The notes beneath the pieces were generated by a model. It was not told where the DNA came from and ran no database searches. It saw only the letters and a list, made by a program, of their open reading frames with translations. The position numbers and the translations under genes are program-made. A stretch of DNA of 28,849 nt from the IMG/VR virus record IMGVR_UViG_3300033388_000633, positions 1 through 28,849 of that record. The stretch is one strand, 5' to 3'. Origin of the DNA: a virus (taxonomy: Duplodnaviria > Caudoviricetes). This document shows, one piece after another, positions 27,402 through 28,849 of the stretch (the first letter of the stretch is position 1; the number at the start of each line of letters is the position of its first letter).

Positions 27402-28265
27402 TTATAATCCACAATAACCGCTATCACATTCTGTGAAGTCATCATCAAATAAAGACACTTGCTTTAAAGAGTCTTTAATCTGTTGATAAGACATGTCGGT
27501 TTTAAATAATCGTTTGCCTTTTCCGTATCCTACATCTTGTTCTTGTTTTACGAACCAATTGAATTTATTAGGATGTCTTTCGCTCATGTGTTTTAAAAGT
27601 ACAGCATTTCTGTGAAAACACCCAACGCAATTGTTCATGTACGCAAATGTTACTGGTTTTCCTTTCCAGTATTTTTCTATATCATCTTTATATAATCCGT
27701 CCGTAATTAAAGGGAAGTTAGGTTTTTGATACTTCATTCTTTCCCACCTGTTAGGTCTAATGGTCCCCTTAGACTTACCCACGATAAACTTGTCGTATAT
27801 AAACCCATCATCTTCACATCTTTCTAGCATAGATTTAGCCCTATTCATTTCATTAGCTCTAAATCCTATTCTAACCTCTATAGGAGTTCGTATGTTTGCA
27901 TACCAAAATACTTTAATAGGCTCTACTTTCATTAAGGAAGTGCAAAACCGTTGAACTTTGTTAGGTAGGTACTTATTTTTGCCTCGGGTAATAAGCTTAT
28001 CAAAAGACAGTCCAGCCACCCAATTTATTTCCTGTCCTATATATTGTTCAAGTTCTAGTATGGTTTGAATGATTACATCTTCTTCCAGGGTGCCAATAAA
28101 TTCTTTTCCGATTTTATCTGATACCATTTGCCTAATCTTAGGATCAGGATATAAACAATCCTTATCATCCGTAGTTACTAGTGCGAATACGTTATAGTCA
28201 GCTGGATAATTGGCTGCTATATAAGCTGAGGTTTTACCTCCCGATATACTATTAAGCGTTATCAT
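27402..28265 (-). CDS. PAPS-reductase-like (PP-loop adenine nucleotide alpha hydrolase) protein
   Basis: N-terminal SISGGKTS PP-loop, then RFCTSLMK, IGFRANE, NNCVGCF and terminal ECDSGYCGL Cys motifs. Confidence 0.82.
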   Translation of the reverse strand: MITLNSISGGKTSAYIAANYPADYNVFALVTTDDKDCLYPDPKIRQMVSDKIGKEFIGTLEEDVIIQTILELEQYIGQEINWVAGLSFDKLITRGKNKYLPNKVQRFCTSLMKVEPIKVFWYANIRTPIEVRIGFRANEMNRAKSMLERCEDDGFIYDKFIVGKSKGTIRPNRWERMKYQKPNFPLITDGLYKDDIEKYWKGKPVTFAYMNNCVGCFHRNAVLLKHMSERHPNKFNWFVKQEQDVGYGKGKRLFKTDMSYQQIKDSLKQVSLFDDDFTECDSGYCGL

Positions 28266-28632
28266 TTAATAATTTTTGTCTCAATTCTTTAAAATTAGTT
28301 GTTCTACTTAAATGTTTTTCGTGAGCTAAATCCCGATTAAGTTTTGCTAGTTGTAATTCTAATGTGTTTACTCTTTCTTCTAATTCACCTTTCTGCTTAT
28401 GTGATTCGTATAAATAGGGTATTACATCATGGAAGTATCTTAAATTAGTTAAATAGTTCCAGAGTTCAAAGGTTTTCTTTCCACATCCTTTAAATCTTCT
28501 CAGTTCTACATCTTTTAATTCGTGCATGTATACAACTCCCGACTTGTTTAAGATTTTTATTAACCGTGTTCCGGTTTTTCCCCTTAACGTGCCTAGTTTG
28601 ATGTGTGTGTTTATCCATTCTTGTATTTCCAT
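28252..28632 (-). CDS. RNA polymerase alpha-CTD-like (HhH) protein with C-terminal coiled coil
   Basis: TRLIKILNKSGVVYMHEL..VELRRFKGCGKKTFEL resembles alpha-CTD (vRxxNcLkxxgIxxixdL...eLlkxxnfGkKSlxEI). Confidence 0.55.
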   Translation of the reverse strand: MEIQEWINTHIKLGTLRGKTGTRLIKILNKSGVVYMHELKDVELRRFKGCGKKTFELWNYLTNLRYFHDVIPYLYESHKQKGELEERVNTLELQLAKLNRDLAHEKHLSRTTNFKELRQKLLNDNA

Positions 28633-28636
28633 TTTA

Positions 28637-28849
28637 TTATATATTAAAATCGTTTCTAAAGTGTTTTAACGTATAGTCTTTTTTGCTATTTACAGCTTTA
28701 TATATATTGTCCTCAATCCCATCTTCTGCAAAAATCCAATATATTTTATTGTGTGTTCTGTCTTTAGTTGTCATACGATCTCTACTTTGCCAATAGCTAG
28801 TGGCACTAAAGTCTATATTGTAATATACTAAATACTTAGCATTTCGTAA
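28637..28849 (-). CDS. SNF2-like/SF2 helicase, C-terminal 70 aa (5'-truncated by window end)
   Basis: Not in the ORF track. The reverse strand reads LRNAKYLVYYNIDFSATSYWQSRDRMTTKDRTHNKIYWIFAEDGIEDNIYKAVNSKKDYTLKHFRNDFNI*, with a motif VI-like QSRDR and the usual neighbourhood to VRR-NUC. Confidence 0.8.
   Translation of the reverse strand, partial: LRNAKYLVYYNIDFSATSYWQSRDRMTTKDRTHNKIYWIFAEDGIEDNIYKAVNSKKDYTLKHFRNDFNI

Noticed and set aside
27760-27954. 64-aa plus-strand ORF
   Set aside because: Antisense to the well-supported PAPS-reductase-like gene.
1-28849. Genome-wide TAG-to-Gln recoding
   Set aside because: Long ORFs are intact under the standard code and only one interrupting TAG was found.
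1-28849. tRNA, rRNA, CRISPR, integrase, transposase, intron or intein
   Set aside because: Intergenic gaps are at most ~105 nt and explained by promoters/terminators; no such motifs were recognised by eye.

Overview
AT-rich, densely coding fragment of a tailed dsDNA phage, most likely a podovirus-like, crAss-related phage of Bacteroidota (Flavobacteria-like host inferred from repeated TAnnTTTG promoter elements and A-rich, Shine-Dalgarno-less start regions). The + strand (1-26389) is a virion module. It runs: portal (5'-truncated), scaffold-like protein, major capsid protein, accessory/head proteins, two tail ring/adaptor proteins, a very large P22 gp10-like tail stabilisation/nozzle protein with BACON, Ig-like and Cys-bounded insertions, a small fibre-like protein, a separated nozzle C-terminal piece, and three probable ejection/cargo proteins. 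The last cargo gene is a ~9.2 kb reading frame interrupted by a single TAG. The - strand (26383-28849) is the distal end of a convergent replication/early block: small ORFs, an HTH protein, a VRR-NUC nuclease, a PAPS-reductase-like protein, an RNAP alpha-CTD-like protein and the C-terminus of an SNF2-like helicase. The most unusual locus is the giant cargo gene. It appears to carry hidden coding layers: an A10 slippage site giving a basic/aromatic tail, a nested +1-frame 55-aa basic gene, an HPD-less J-domain and an in-frame amber codon. Two frame-breaking junctions in tail genes look like short deletions or assembly artefacts. All product calls come from motif recognition and gene order; no database search was run.
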